The position numbers and the translations under genes are program-made. The notes beneath the pieces were generated by a model. That model was given only the letters and a program-made list of their open reading frames with translations. It searched no databases and had not been told where the DNA came from. Shown piece by piece: positions 9,292-17,861 of a DNA stretch of 64,000 bases (within the stretch, counting starts at the first letter, position 1; each line of letters starts with the position of its first letter). The stretch comes from a virus: IMG/VR virus record IMGVR_UViG_3300045912_000220. One strand, given 5' to 3'.

Positions 9292-10085
9292 TAAGCGACG
9301 CCATGGCCGAGGGCATCGCCGCCGCCGGGGACGTTCCGGTGCTGGCGTACGAGCACGAATTCGCCGGGCAGCCGGTCGCCGACGCTGCCGTGTTCTACGG
9401 CCTCGAGGGCCGCCTGCCGCACGTGTTCGCCGCCTACAAGGGGATCGGGCGCGCGGTGTACGTGGACCTTGGGTACTGGGATCGGCGCCGTGGCGGCCGT
9501 TTCGCCGGCTTCCACAAGATAGCGGTCAACGCCCGCCACCCGACGGCCTACTTCCGGCGGCCAGCCCACCCGCCTGACCGATTGCGCGCCGTGGCCGCGC
9601 CCATCAAGCCGTGGCGCAGGAACGGCCGGCATGTTCTGGTCGCTGGCATGGGCGACAAGGGCGCCAGAGCAGAGGGCTACGCCACCGAAGCGTGGGAGCG
9701 CTGGGCCATCGGCGAGCTGCAGCGGTATACCGCCCGCCCGATCGTTTACCGGCCGAAGCCCAGCTGGAAGAAGGCCCGCCCCATCGCTGGCACCATCTAC
9801 TCGCCGCGGACCCGGGAAGTCGCCGATGAGCTGCGCGACTGCTGGGCCGTGGTCACTCACCACAGCAACGTTGCCGTCGACGCGATCATGGCCGGCGTGC
9901 CGGCGTTCTGCTGGGAAGGGGTGGCCGCCTGTATGTCGGGGCAGGAGCTGGCTGGGATAGAGTCGCCACCGATGCCGGACGGCCGCGAGCAATGGGCTGC
10001 CGACATCGCCTACACGCAGTGGAGCGTCGAGGAAATGCGGACCGGCGCAGCGTGGCGCCATCTGCGGCAGGAGGGGCTTCTGTGA
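9249..10085 (+). CDS. KpsS/KpsC-like GT-B glycosyltransferase 2
   Basis: HVLVAG...IVYRPKP...AVVTHHSNVAVDAIMAGVPAF...AYTQWSVEEM; GTG start inferred. Confidence 0.65.
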   Translation: MAVYRIADHHRSRVISDAMAEGIAAAGDVPVLAYEHEFAGQPVADAAVFYGLEGRLPHVFAAYKGIGRAVYVDLGYWDRRRGGRFAGFHKIAVNARHPTAYFRRPAHPPDRLRAVAAPIKPWRRNGRHVLVAGMGDKGARAEGYATEAWERWAIGELQRYTARPIVYRPKPSWKKARPIAGTIYSPRTREVADELRDCWAVVTHHSNVAVDAIMAGVPAFCWEGVAACMSGQELAGIESPPMPDGREQWAADIAYTQWSVEEMRTGAAWRHLRQEGLL

Positions 10086-10945
10086 GGATCGTTTTCTGGC
10101 ATTCGGACAAGCCGCGCGAACGGCTGCTGGCCGATGCGTTCGCCGACGGTGCCCGGGTGCACGGCGACACGGTGGAGCTGCGGCCGCTGGAATCGGGTCC
10201 CGTGTCGCCGGCCGACGCCGACGTGGTGTGCATGGTCGGGGTGAAGTCGCGCGAGCTGTACCGCGTGCACCAGCGCGAGGGCATTCACGTCGTCTACTTC
10301 GACAAGGGCTACACGCGTCACGCCGCGCCGACGCCGGTGAAGCTCTGGGAGTATTGGCGGGTGTCGGTCGACCGGCATCATCCGACCGAAATGCTCATGG
10401 ACATTGCCCGCCCGATGGACCGCGCCGACCGGCTCGGGCTGGTCATGCAGCGATGGCGCAAGCCGACGAAGCGCGGCCACGTGCTGATCGCCGGCAGCTC
10501 GGCGAAGTACCACCAGTTCTATGGGCTGAAGGCGCCGACGCCGTACGCGCACAAGCTGGTGGCTGCCCTGCGCGAGCATACGGCACGGCCGATCACGTAC
10601 CGGCCCAAGCCCAGCTGGAAGGATGCGGAGCCAATCGAGGGGACCGAGTACAGCGGCACCGATCAGACGATCGAGCAAGCGCTGGCCGGCGCGCATTGTC
10701 TGGTGACCCACGGCAGCAACGCGGTGTTCGAGGCGGTGCTGCTCGGCATCCCGTGCGTGGTGCTGGGCGACGCGGTGGCCCGGCCAATCAGTAGCACCAG
10801 CGTCGCCGACGTTGAGGCGCCCTACTTGGCGACGTATGAACAGCGGCACCAGTGGCTTGCGAATTTGGCTTATTGGCAGTGGACGATGCCGGAACTGCAC
10901 CGCGGCGAGGCGTGGCAGTATCTGCGCCCGCTGATCTACCGATGA
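10082..10945 (+). CDS. KpsS/KpsC-like GT-B glycosyltransferase 3
   Basis: HVLIAG...ITYRPKP...LVTHGSNAVFEAVLLGIP...AYWQWTMPEL; GTGA overlap with previous stop. Confidence 0.65.
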   Translation: MRIVFWHSDKPRERLLADAFADGARVHGDTVELRPLESGPVSPADADVVCMVGVKSRELYRVHQREGIHVVYFDKGYTRHAAPTPVKLWEYWRVSVDRHHPTEMLMDIARPMDRADRLGLVMQRWRKPTKRGHVLIAGSSAKYHQFYGLKAPTPYAHKLVAALREHTARPITYRPKPSWKDAEPIEGTEYSGTDQTIEQALAGAHCLVTHGSNAVFEAVLLGIPCVVLGDAVARPISSTSVADVEAPYLATYEQRHQWLANLAYWQWTMPELHRGEAWQYLRPLIYR

Positions 10946-11547
10946 ACCGTCACACGCGTCCGTCGCAGGACTACGAGGCCGCCGTTCGCGCGGCGAGCCG
11001 TCATCACATGCGATCGAAAACGTACAGCGGGTTGCTGCTGCGCCCGCACGCGGCCGCCATCGGCGCCCTGATCCGTGAACACGGCTGCCGGTCAGTGCTC
11101 GACGTGGGCTGCGGAAAGGGCGAGCAGTACCGCTGGGTATCGCCCGGGCCGCCGCATTCGGCGGTGCCGTCCGGCCTGACGCTGGAGCAGTTCTGGGGCG
11201 TCGAGGTCACGAAATATGACCCGGCGGTGCCGGCGTACGTGGCCGAGCCGCGCGGCACGTTCGACGCGGTGCTGTGCACGCACGTGCTTGGATCGGTTCC
11301 CACCGTCGACCTGCCGTGGTTCATCGACCGGCTCTACGGGTGGGCCTCGCGGGTGGTCTACGTGGCGGAAAAGCTCGGCCCAGTCAAGAAAAGGGTGCTC
11401 GACGACGTGCCGGGCTTGCCGCGCGGGTACCAGCGCGCCGACTGGCTGCGAGTATTGGACCGGCCCGCGGGCCGTGGCCTGCACGTGGTCCTGTCAACAA
11501 CCGGCGACGAATCCGGGACCATCCGGGAACAGGTGCGCATCCGATGA
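10942..11547 (+). CDS. Class I SAM-dependent methyltransferase
   Basis: VLDVGCGKG, YDPAVP, FDAVLCTHVL; ATGA overlap. Confidence 0.85.
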   Translation: MNRHTRPSQDYEAAVRAASRHHMRSKTYSGLLLRPHAAAIGALIREHGCRSVLDVGCGKGEQYRWVSPGPPHSAVPSGLTLEQFWGVEVTKYDPAVPAYVAEPRGTFDAVLCTHVLGSVPTVDLPWFIDRLYGWASRVVYVAEKLGPVKKRVLDDVPGLPRGYQRADWLRVLDRPAGRGLHVVLSTTGDESGTIREQVRIR

Positions 11548-12542
11548 GAATTCGCGTCCTTGGCGGCGGGTGGTACGGCTGCCATCTGGCGCTGGCGATG
11601 CAGCGCGACGGGCACGAAGTCGAGCTGCACGAAATCGCCGACCGGCTGTTCGCTGGGGCCTCGGGTGGCAACCCGGCCCGGCTGCATCTGGGCTTCCACT
11701 ACCCGCGCTCGCGGCTCACTCGCGTGCTATGTCAGGAAAGCCACCGGCTGTTCATGGCCCAGTACGGCGCGCTCACGCGCACCGTGCCAGTCAACGTCTA
11801 CGCCGTCGCAGACGGCGAAAGCCTGATCGACTGGGGCACCTATCGGCAGGTGCTGCGCGGCGAGGTCGACTTCGTGGAGCTTGAGCGGCCGTCCGAGCTT
11901 GGGCTGGCGAACGTCGAGGGCGCCATGCTGACCGGTGAGCGGCACATTGTCATCGATGAGGCGCGCGCATGGTTCACGGAACAGCTGGGCGATGCGGTCC
12001 GGCTGAACATGCCCCCGGACGCCGACCCGGACGGCTGGGACTGGACGATCGATTGCACGTTCTGCGCCCGCGACGCCGAGCGGGTCGACCGGTACGAGCC
12101 GTGCGTAACGGCGCTGCTCGAGGGGCCAACCGATCGCGCGGTCACCATCATGGACGGCCCGTTCCCGTCCGTTTACCCGTGGAACGAACAGCAGGGCCTG
12201 TCGAGCCTGACCAGCGCCCGCTACACGCCGCTGGCCCGCTGCTCGACGTACTGGCATGCCCGGCAGCTGCTCGACGACTGTTCGGCCAATGACGCGATGC
12301 GCCGCGGGGTGCTAATGCTCGGCCAGATGGCGAAGTTCTGGCCGGCCGTGCAGGAGCTGTACCGCGTCGTCGACGCCCGCCTGACCATCCGCGCTCAGCC
12401 CATGAGCGGGTCGGACGCCCGGTTCGTCGACGTGGTGCGCCCGCTGCCCCGGACGCTGCGGGTGAGGGCGGGGAAAATCGACGCGATCCTGCACGCCGAA
12501 CAGCTGATCCGCGAGGCGATATGTTCACCGCAACCGGGGTAG
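11544..12542 (+). CDS. FAD-dependent oxidoreductase (DAO-like)
   Basis: N-terminal VLGGGWYGC dinucleotide motif, ASGGNPARLHLGFHYPRS; ATGA overlap. Confidence 0.82.
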   Translation: MRIRVLGGGWYGCHLALAMQRDGHEVELHEIADRLFAGASGGNPARLHLGFHYPRSRLTRVLCQESHRLFMAQYGALTRTVPVNVYAVADGESLIDWGTYRQVLRGEVDFVELERPSELGLANVEGAMLTGERHIVIDEARAWFTEQLGDAVRLNMPPDADPDGWDWTIDCTFCARDAERVDRYEPCVTALLEGPTDRAVTIMDGPFPSVYPWNEQQGLSSLTSARYTPLARCSTYWHARQLLDDCSANDAMRRGVLMLGQMAKFWPAVQELYRVVDARLTIRAQPMSGSDARFVDVVRPLPRTLRVRAGKIDAILHAEQLIREAICSPQPG

Positions 12543-13114
12543 GGTCAACGATCGTTCGCGAGCTGGCCACCATCACCGGCGAACACGCGCAGCGGATCGA
12601 GGGCGACCTAAGCCAGTACGGCGCCGAGCTGACCATCCCGGACGGTAGCCACCGGTACGTGTTAGCCGCCGGCGTCCTGCACGGTCGAGCGGTGCAGGAC
12701 CTGACCCCGGAACAGGTGCGCGAAACGCTGGCCGTTAATCTGGTCTCCGTTGTGCGAATCTGCGACACGGTGCTCCGGCGGGACCCGAAGGCCCGCATCT
12801 GCATTATCGGCAGCCAGTCCGGCTGCCGCTGGTCATTCGACGAGCTGTACGCGCTGGCCAAGGGAGCCGTCCACCGGTACGTTGAGCAGCGGCCGACGCG
12901 CTGCTGTCAGCAGCTGGTGGCCGTCGCGCCCCCGATCATCGCCGACTCCGGGATGACGATGCGGCGGCACGATTACCCAGCCGTGCTGGCAACCCGCCCG
13001 CACTGCCGGGCGGTCGACGTGGCCCGGGTGGTGCACCGGCTGTTGTGGACGCCGCGGGAGCTGGCGCCGTCGGGGCTGGTGGTGCCGGTGCCCGCTGGGA
13101 ACGTGATGGCATGA
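12521..13114 (+). CDS. Short-chain dehydrogenase/reductase-like protein
   Basis: TGVGSTI, AAGVL, VNL, IIGSQSG, YALAK (YxxxK). Confidence 0.72.
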   Translation: MFTATGVGSTIVRELATITGEHAQRIEGDLSQYGAELTIPDGSHRYVLAAGVLHGRAVQDLTPEQVRETLAVNLVSVVRICDTVLRRDPKARICIIGSQSGCRWSFDELYALAKGAVHRYVEQRPTRCCQQLVAVAPPIIADSGMTMRRHDYPAVLATRPHCRAVDVARVVHRLLWTPRELAPSGLVVPVPAGNVMA

Positions 13115-13719
13115 CGGACAAGCGGAAGCCGCCGCCGGACGCCGACCGGCCCCTGTACCTGCGGGCGCTGGCCTACGCGCGATCCGGTGCTGCCGCCATC
13201 GACGGCGGCGCCAACGTCGGCAACTGGTCACGGTGGATGGCTGAACACTTCGACGCGGTGCACGCGTTCGAGCCGAACCCGCGCTGCTGGCCCGCGTTCG
13301 AGGACATGCCGCCGGGCGTGGTGCTGCACCGCGCCGCGCTCGGCGAGGCCGCGGGCGAGGCGTGGCTGTACCAGCCACCGAAGCGCAGGGCCACCACGGC
13401 GGGCTACGTCGGGTCGGCAGAGCATGCCCCGCCCGTTGAGCGGCCACGCGCGGAGCCGGTCGCGGTGGCCACGGTCGACGGCCTCGGGCTGACCCGGTGC
13501 GGCCTGCTCAAGCTCGACATCGAGGGTGGCGAGCTGTACGCCCTGCGCGGCTCCCGGCAGACGCTGGCCCGCTGCCGACCCGTCGTCGTCGTCGAGGTAT
13601 CGGCGCTCAGCCACAAGCATTACGGGGTGCCAGAGGCCGACGTGCGCCGGCTGCTCAGCGACGCCCGGTACACGCGGCTAACGCTCGCCGCGCCGAACGA
13701 AATATGGGTGCCGCTTTGA
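13111..13719 (+). CDS. FkbM-family methyltransferase
   Basis: IDGGANVG, VHAFEPNP, LLKLDIEGGE, RPVVVVE; ATGA overlap. Confidence 0.9.
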   Translation: MTDKRKPPPDADRPLYLRALAYARSGAAAIDGGANVGNWSRWMAEHFDAVHAFEPNPRCWPAFEDMPPGVVLHRAALGEAAGEAWLYQPPKRRATTAGYVGSAEHAPPVERPRAEPVAVATVDGLGLTRCGLLKLDIEGGELYALRGSRQTLARCRPVVVVEVSALSHKHYGVPEADVRRLLSDARYTRLTLAAPNEIWVPL

Positions 13720-14450
13720 AGCTCACGATCTGCACGGGCTGGTCGCCGGCCGGGTACCACGAATACGGCCGACGGTTCGCCGAGTCATTCGCACGGCACT
13801 GGCCAGAGTCGGTCGAGCTGGTGGTCTACGGCGAGGAACCCGTACCGCTGCCCCGGGGCACGTTCCGGCCACTGTCGGACATCCCGGGGTGCGCCGAATG
13901 GCTGGCCGCCCACGATGCGCCGCGTTACCGGGGGCACCGTGACGGCCCGGACTACAAATGGCGGCTGGACGCGTGGAAGTTCAGCCGGCAGGGGTTCATC
14001 CCGGCCGCGGCTGCTGCGGAGCTGCCGGACACCGGCACCCCGCAGTTTCTCGCGTGGCTCGACGGGGATGTCATCACGCACCGCAAGGTGCCCGAGGGCT
14101 GGCCGCAGCTACTGCTGCCGCCGGGCTTCGACGTGGCCTATCTGGGCCGGCCGCCCAAGCACTCCGAGATTGGATTCCAGCTCTACCGGCTGAACGGACC
14201 GGGGTCGCCTGCGCTGCGGCTGCTCGAAATGTTCCGCGAGCTGTACCTGTCGGGCGCGGTATTCCGGCTGCGCGAATGGCACAGCGCGTTCGTGTGGGAT
14301 GAAGCCCGGGTGCGTAGCGGCGCCCGAGCATTCAACCTGACGCCGAACGGCCACGGCCACGTCTGGCACCAGTCGCCGCTGGCCCGCTACACCGACCATC
14401 TGAAGGGGAAGCGCAAAGCCTATGACCGCAGCCCAGAGCGCAGGCGATAG
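13716..14450 (+). CDS. GT-A fold glycosyltransferase (DxD)
   Basis: WLDGDV DxD motif, KFSRQG, HSAFVWD, DHLKG; TTGA overlap (ATG 13704 is an alternative start). Confidence 0.7.
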   Translation: MKLTICTGWSPAGYHEYGRRFAESFARHWPESVELVVYGEEPVPLPRGTFRPLSDIPGCAEWLAAHDAPRYRGHRDGPDYKWRLDAWKFSRQGFIPAAAAAELPDTGTPQFLAWLDGDVITHRKVPEGWPQLLLPPGFDVAYLGRPPKHSEIGFQLYRLNGPGSPALRLLEMFRELYLSGAVFRLREWHSAFVWDEARVRSGARAFNLTPNGHGHVWHQSPLARYTDHLKGKRKAYDRSPERRR

Positions 14451-15207
14451 CGGGCCGCTGACCGTCTACGTCGGCTGGGACCCGCGCGAGGTCGCAGCCT
14501 TCGACGTAACGGTGGCCACGCTGAAGGCCCGGGCGTCCGTCCCGGTCCGCGTGGTTCCGCTGAAACGCCGGCGGCTCGAGCGTGCCGGCCTGCTGACACG
14601 GGTGGTGCAGCCCGTAGCGGCGGGTGACCGGCGGCTGGTCAGCGGCCGCTGGTACACGTTCCCGGCCGGCACGCTCTGGGATGTCACCAGCGGCGCCCCG
14701 ATGGCCACCGAGTTCGCGGTTTCCCGGTTTCTCGTGCCGGCGCTGGCCCAGTCCGGCTGGGCGCTGTTCGTCGACTGCGACGTCGTGTTTCTCGGCGACG
14801 TGGCCGAGCTGCTTGAGGTGGCCGACCCGCAATACGCCGTGCAGGTGGTCAAGCACGGCGAGCTTCCCGGCGAAGGGCTGAAAATGGACGGGCAGCCGCA
14901 GCTGGCCTACCCGCGGAAAAACTGGTCGTCGGTGGTGCTCTGGAACTGCGACCACGCCGGGAACCGGCGCCTGACGCTACGCGAGGTCAACGGCTGGCCG
15001 GGCCGGGACCTGCACGCGTTCCGGTGGCTCGCCGACGAACATATCGGCAGCCTGCCGGCCGGCTGGAATTGGCTGGTCGGGGTGCAGCCTCGCCCGCCCG
15101 ACCCGAAGGTGGCACACTTCACGCTCGGCGGGCCATGGCTGCCCGGGTGGAAAGGTGCCGAGCATGACCAGCTCTGGGTATCAGCTGCGGCGACTGTTCG
15201 GCCCTGA
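14422..15207 (+). CDS. GT8-like glycosyltransferase
   Basis: VYVGWDPRE, TEFAVSRFLVP, FVDCDVVF, RKNWSSVVLWN, LPAGWNWLVG, HFTLGGPW. Confidence 0.82.
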   Translation: MTAAQSAGDSGPLTVYVGWDPREVAAFDVTVATLKARASVPVRVVPLKRRRLERAGLLTRVVQPVAAGDRRLVSGRWYTFPAGTLWDVTSGAPMATEFAVSRFLVPALAQSGWALFVDCDVVFLGDVAELLEVADPQYAVQVVKHGELPGEGLKMDGQPQLAYPRKNWSSVVLWNCDHAGNRRLTLREVNGWPGRDLHAFRWLADEHIGSLPAGWNWLVGVQPRPPDPKVAHFTLGGPWLPGWKGAEHDQLWVSAAATVRP

Positions 15208-15790
15208 AGTCGAGCCGATCACCGTCGCCGAGGCGAAGGCCCACTGCCGGGTCGACGCCGACCTGACGGCCGAGGACGACCTGTTCGCCGGCTGGATTAC
15301 CGCGGCCCGGGAGCTGGCCGAGGATTACACGAAGCGCACGTTCTGCGAGTCCGTGTGGGAACTGTGGCTGGACGATTTCCCGCGCTTTTCCGATGACCTG
15401 CGGGTGGTCCTGCCGATGGGCGCCCCGTTCGTCGCCGTCGAGTCCGTGTCCTACCTGTCGACGAATGGCGACCGCGTCGAGCTGGCCGGGTATGAGGTCC
15501 TGCCAGACGAACCGCCAGCCATCCGGCCGTCCCCGTGGACCGTCTGGCCCGTCGTGAGCTGCGCCGCCGGGGCCGTCCGGGTCCGGTACCGGGCCGGCTA
15601 CGTCGGCGAGGGGTCGCCGGCCGGGGCCGAGGCGGTACCGCAGCGCGTCAAGCAGGCCCTGCGGATGCTGGTGGGGCACTGGTACGCGAACCGGGAAAGC
15701 GTGACCGCCGGCGGCTCGACCGGCGCTGCGCCTGTCGAGGTGCCATACAGTTTCGAGCGGGCGCTCGACCCGCTGCGGGTGTACCCGTGA
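15164..15790 (+). CDS. Head-tail connector (gp6/phiE125 gp8-like)
   Basis: EPITVAEAKAHCRVD, AARELAEDYT, VPQRVKQALRMLVGHWYANRE. Confidence 0.92.
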   Translation: MTSSGYQLRRLFGPEVEPITVAEAKAHCRVDADLTAEDDLFAGWITAARELAEDYTKRTFCESVWELWLDDFPRFSDDLRVVLPMGAPFVAVESVSYLSTNGDRVELAGYEVLPDEPPAIRPSPWTVWPVVSCAAGAVRVRYRAGYVGEGSPAGAEAVPQRVKQALRMLVGHWYANRESVTAGGSTGAAPVEVPYSFERALDPLRVYP

Positions 15791-15927
15791 GCTGCCGACC
15801 CTGCGAACAGGCCCGGCGGTACCTGCCGGCGCCGGTGGCCGGCTTCCTGCGCGCCGTCGAGGCCCGGCAGCTGGCTCGCGCCGCGCGCCGGGCCCAGAAA
15901 CGCGCGGCCAAGGCCGCGAAGGGCTGA
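15787..15927 (+). CDS. 46-aa basic CxxC peptide
   Basis: GTGA overlap with connector stop; MSCRPCEQARR...KRAAKAAKG fills the gap exactly up to the next start at 15931. Confidence 0.55.
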   Translation: MSCRPCEQARRYLPAPVAGFLRAVEARQLARAARRAQKRAAKAAKG

Positions 15928-15930
15928 TCC

Positions 15931-16302
15931 GTGCAGGCCGGGCGACTGCGCCACCGGATCACGATTCAGCAGGCCGTCGACGTGAAAACGGCCACGGGGG
16001 CCGTGCGGACCGAGTACGTGGACTGGCTCGAGACGTGGGCCGAGGTCGCCCCGCTGACGCCGCGCGAGTTCTGGGCCGCCCAGCAGGTGCAAAGCGACAT
16101 CACTGCCAAGGTGCGGGTCCGGTACCGTCCGGGCATGAACGCGAAAATGCGGGTGCGCCACCAGCGGGAAGCGGGTAGTCCGTCCGTCGTCGACGTGTAC
16201 GACGTTGAGGGGCCGCCGGTCGAGGTTGAGGGCCGGCGCTGGGAAGTATGGCTTATGTGCCGCCGGCGGGACGCCGAGGGCTTCCGGAGCGGGAACCCGT
16301 AA
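15931..16302 (+). CDS. Head closure/head-tail adaptor (SPP1 gp16-like)
   Basis: MQAGRLRHRITIQ, WAEVAPL-RE, VRVRYRPG. Confidence 0.92.
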   Translation: MQAGRLRHRITIQQAVDVKTATGAVRTEYVDWLETWAEVAPLTPREFWAAQQVQSDITAKVRVRYRPGMNAKMRVRHQREAGSPSVVDVYDVEGPPVEVEGRRWEVWLMCRRRDAEGFRSGNP

Positions 16303-16733
16303 TGCCGCTGGAAGGCGTCGCCGAGCTCGACCGGTTGCTGGCGCTGCTGCCGCAGGCGGTGCAGCCGAAGGTGCTGCGGAAGGCCGTGCGCGCCGGCATC
16401 CGCCCGGCCGAAAAACGGGCCAAGGCCACGGTGCCGGTCGGCACGGTGGCTCATCGGACCCGCAAGGGGCGGCTGGTGCCGCCCGGGTTCGCGAAGCGGT
16501 CAATCCGGGTGGTGACCAAGGCCGACCGGACCGGCCAGAAGGTCTCGGCGGCGCTGGGCGTGCGTCGGGATGCGTTCTACGCGGTGCAGTTCGTGGAACG
16601 CGGCACCAGCCGCCACCCGGCCCGCCCATGGCTGCGCCGGGCATTCGACGAAACGGTCGAGGCCCAGCAGAAGGCGCTGGCCGACAAGCTCCGGGCGGAA
16701 ATCCTGAAGTTTGCGCGAGGCGCTAGACGATGA
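16302..16733 (+). CDS. HK97 gp10-family tail completion protein
   Basis: LEGVAEL, FYAVQFVERGTSRHPARPWLRRAFD; TAATG overlap. Confidence 0.9.
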   Translation: MPLEGVAELDRLLALLPQAVQPKVLRKAVRAGIRPAEKRAKATVPVGTVAHRTRKGRLVPPGFAKRSIRVVTKADRTGQKVSAALGVRRDAFYAVQFVERGTSRHPARPWLRRAFDETVEAQQKALADKLRAEILKFARGARR

Positions 16734-17134
16734 GCGGGCCTAACCTGCACGAGTTCCTGACGGCCGTGCCCGCCGTGGCGGCCGTCGTCGGCGACCGGGT
16801 GTACCCGGACATCATCCCGCAGCACGTCTACGACGAGGTTACCCGGTCCCCGTGCATCGTCTACCAGCGGCTCGGCGCCACGCGGTCGGCCACGTACTGC
16901 GGCCACGACCTGCTTGTGGCGGCGGCGATTCAGGTGGACCATTACGCGCAGGATTTCGACGCGGCTGTGCAGCTGGGGGACCTGACCCGGCAGGCACTGC
17001 GGGACTACTCGGGTACCATGGGGACGGTGCGGGTCCGCTGGTGCCGGCTGGATAGCGAGACGCACTTGGTCGAGCCAGAGCCGGGGCTGTTCCGGCTATC
17101 GGCCGACTGGACTATCTGGTACGTTGAAGCCTGA
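16730..17134 (+). CDS. Tail terminator (DUF3168-like)
   Basis: VGDRVYP, PCIVYQR, IQVDHYA; synteny. Confidence 0.85.
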   Translation: MSGPNLHEFLTAVPAVAAVVGDRVYPDIIPQHVYDEVTRSPCIVYQRLGATRSATYCGHDLLVAAAIQVDHYAQDFDAAVQLGDLTRQALRDYSGTMGTVRVRWCRLDSETHLVEPEPGLFRLSADWTIWYVEA

Positions 17135-17151
17135 CAACGGGGGAGGCCGCC

Positions 17152-17580
17152 ATGGCATCCGAAGATACCCTGCTCGGAAACGATTTCGCGTTTCAGCTCG
17201 GCGACGGCGGGTCGCCCGAGGCGTTCACGGACATGTGCGCCGCTGTCGACGTGTCCGGCATCGGTGCGGAAAAGCCGCTGGTCGACGTGACAAGCCTGTG
17301 CGACACGGCCCGCACGTACCGCAACGGCCTCGCCGACGGCATCGAGTTCCCGCTGGTGGTGAATTTCCAGCAGGGCGACGCCGCCACCCGTTCCGTCTAC
17401 GCCAACTTCCGGAATGACACCGTGCGCACGTTCCGGCTCCGGCTGAAGGACACGCCGGGTGAGTATTTCGAGTTCCGGGCCATCGTCCGCGGGTGGACCC
17501 TGACGCCGCCTATTGGCGAGAAGGCCACCATGACCTTCACGTTGAAGGTCACCGGGGATATTGAATGGGTGCAGGCGTAA
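17152..17580 (+). CDS. Major tail (tube) protein
   Basis: GDGGSPEAF, VDVTSL, GLADG, TFTLKVTG; RBS GGAGG. Confidence 0.88.
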   Translation: MASEDTLLGNDFAFQLGDGGSPEAFTDMCAAVDVSGIGAEKPLVDVTSLCDTARTYRNGLADGIEFPLVVNFQQGDAATRSVYANFRNDTVRTFRLRLKDTPGEYFEFRAIVRGWTLTPPIGEKATMTFTLKVTGDIEWVQA

Positions 17581-17585
17581 CGCCC

Positions 17586-17861
17586 GTGCCGTTCAAGCTG
17601 CGCACCGAACGCGTCGAGGTCGGCGGCCACGTCATCGTGGTGCGGGAGCTGACCCACGGCGAGCGGCGGCGAATGGTCGAGGCCGCCGCAGCCGACCGGC
17701 TGGCCGTGCCAGAGCTGGTCGCATCGTTCGCGCTGGTGGACCCCGCGGTAGGGGTCGAGGATGTCGCCGGCTTGCCGGCGGCGATCGTCGACGCGGCGGT
17801 TTCCACCGCCCTGCGTTTGTCCGGCATGGACACTGACGACGCCCCGGAAAAAAAAGCCTGA
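17586..17861 (+). CDS. Tail assembly chaperone G
   Basis: Between tube and tape measure; ends ...PEKKA* at an A8 slippery run. Confidence 0.8.
   Translation: MPFKLRTERVEVGGHVIVVRELTHGERRRMVEAAAADRLAVPELVASFALVDPAVGVEDVAGLPAAIVDAAVSTALRLSGMDTDDAPEKKA
17847..17856 (+). promoter_or_regulatory. -1 programmed ribosomal frameshift site
   Basis: GAA AAA AAA G; the -1 frame is open into ORF 17906-18223. Confidence 0.8.

Noticed and set aside
7845-15207. Glycan block as O-antigen conversion (gtrABC-like) locus
   Set aside because: No multi-TM flippase or GT-C protein and no separate lysogenic promoter; it is embedded and coupled in the late operon. DNA hypermodification is less likely given the position but is not fully excluded.
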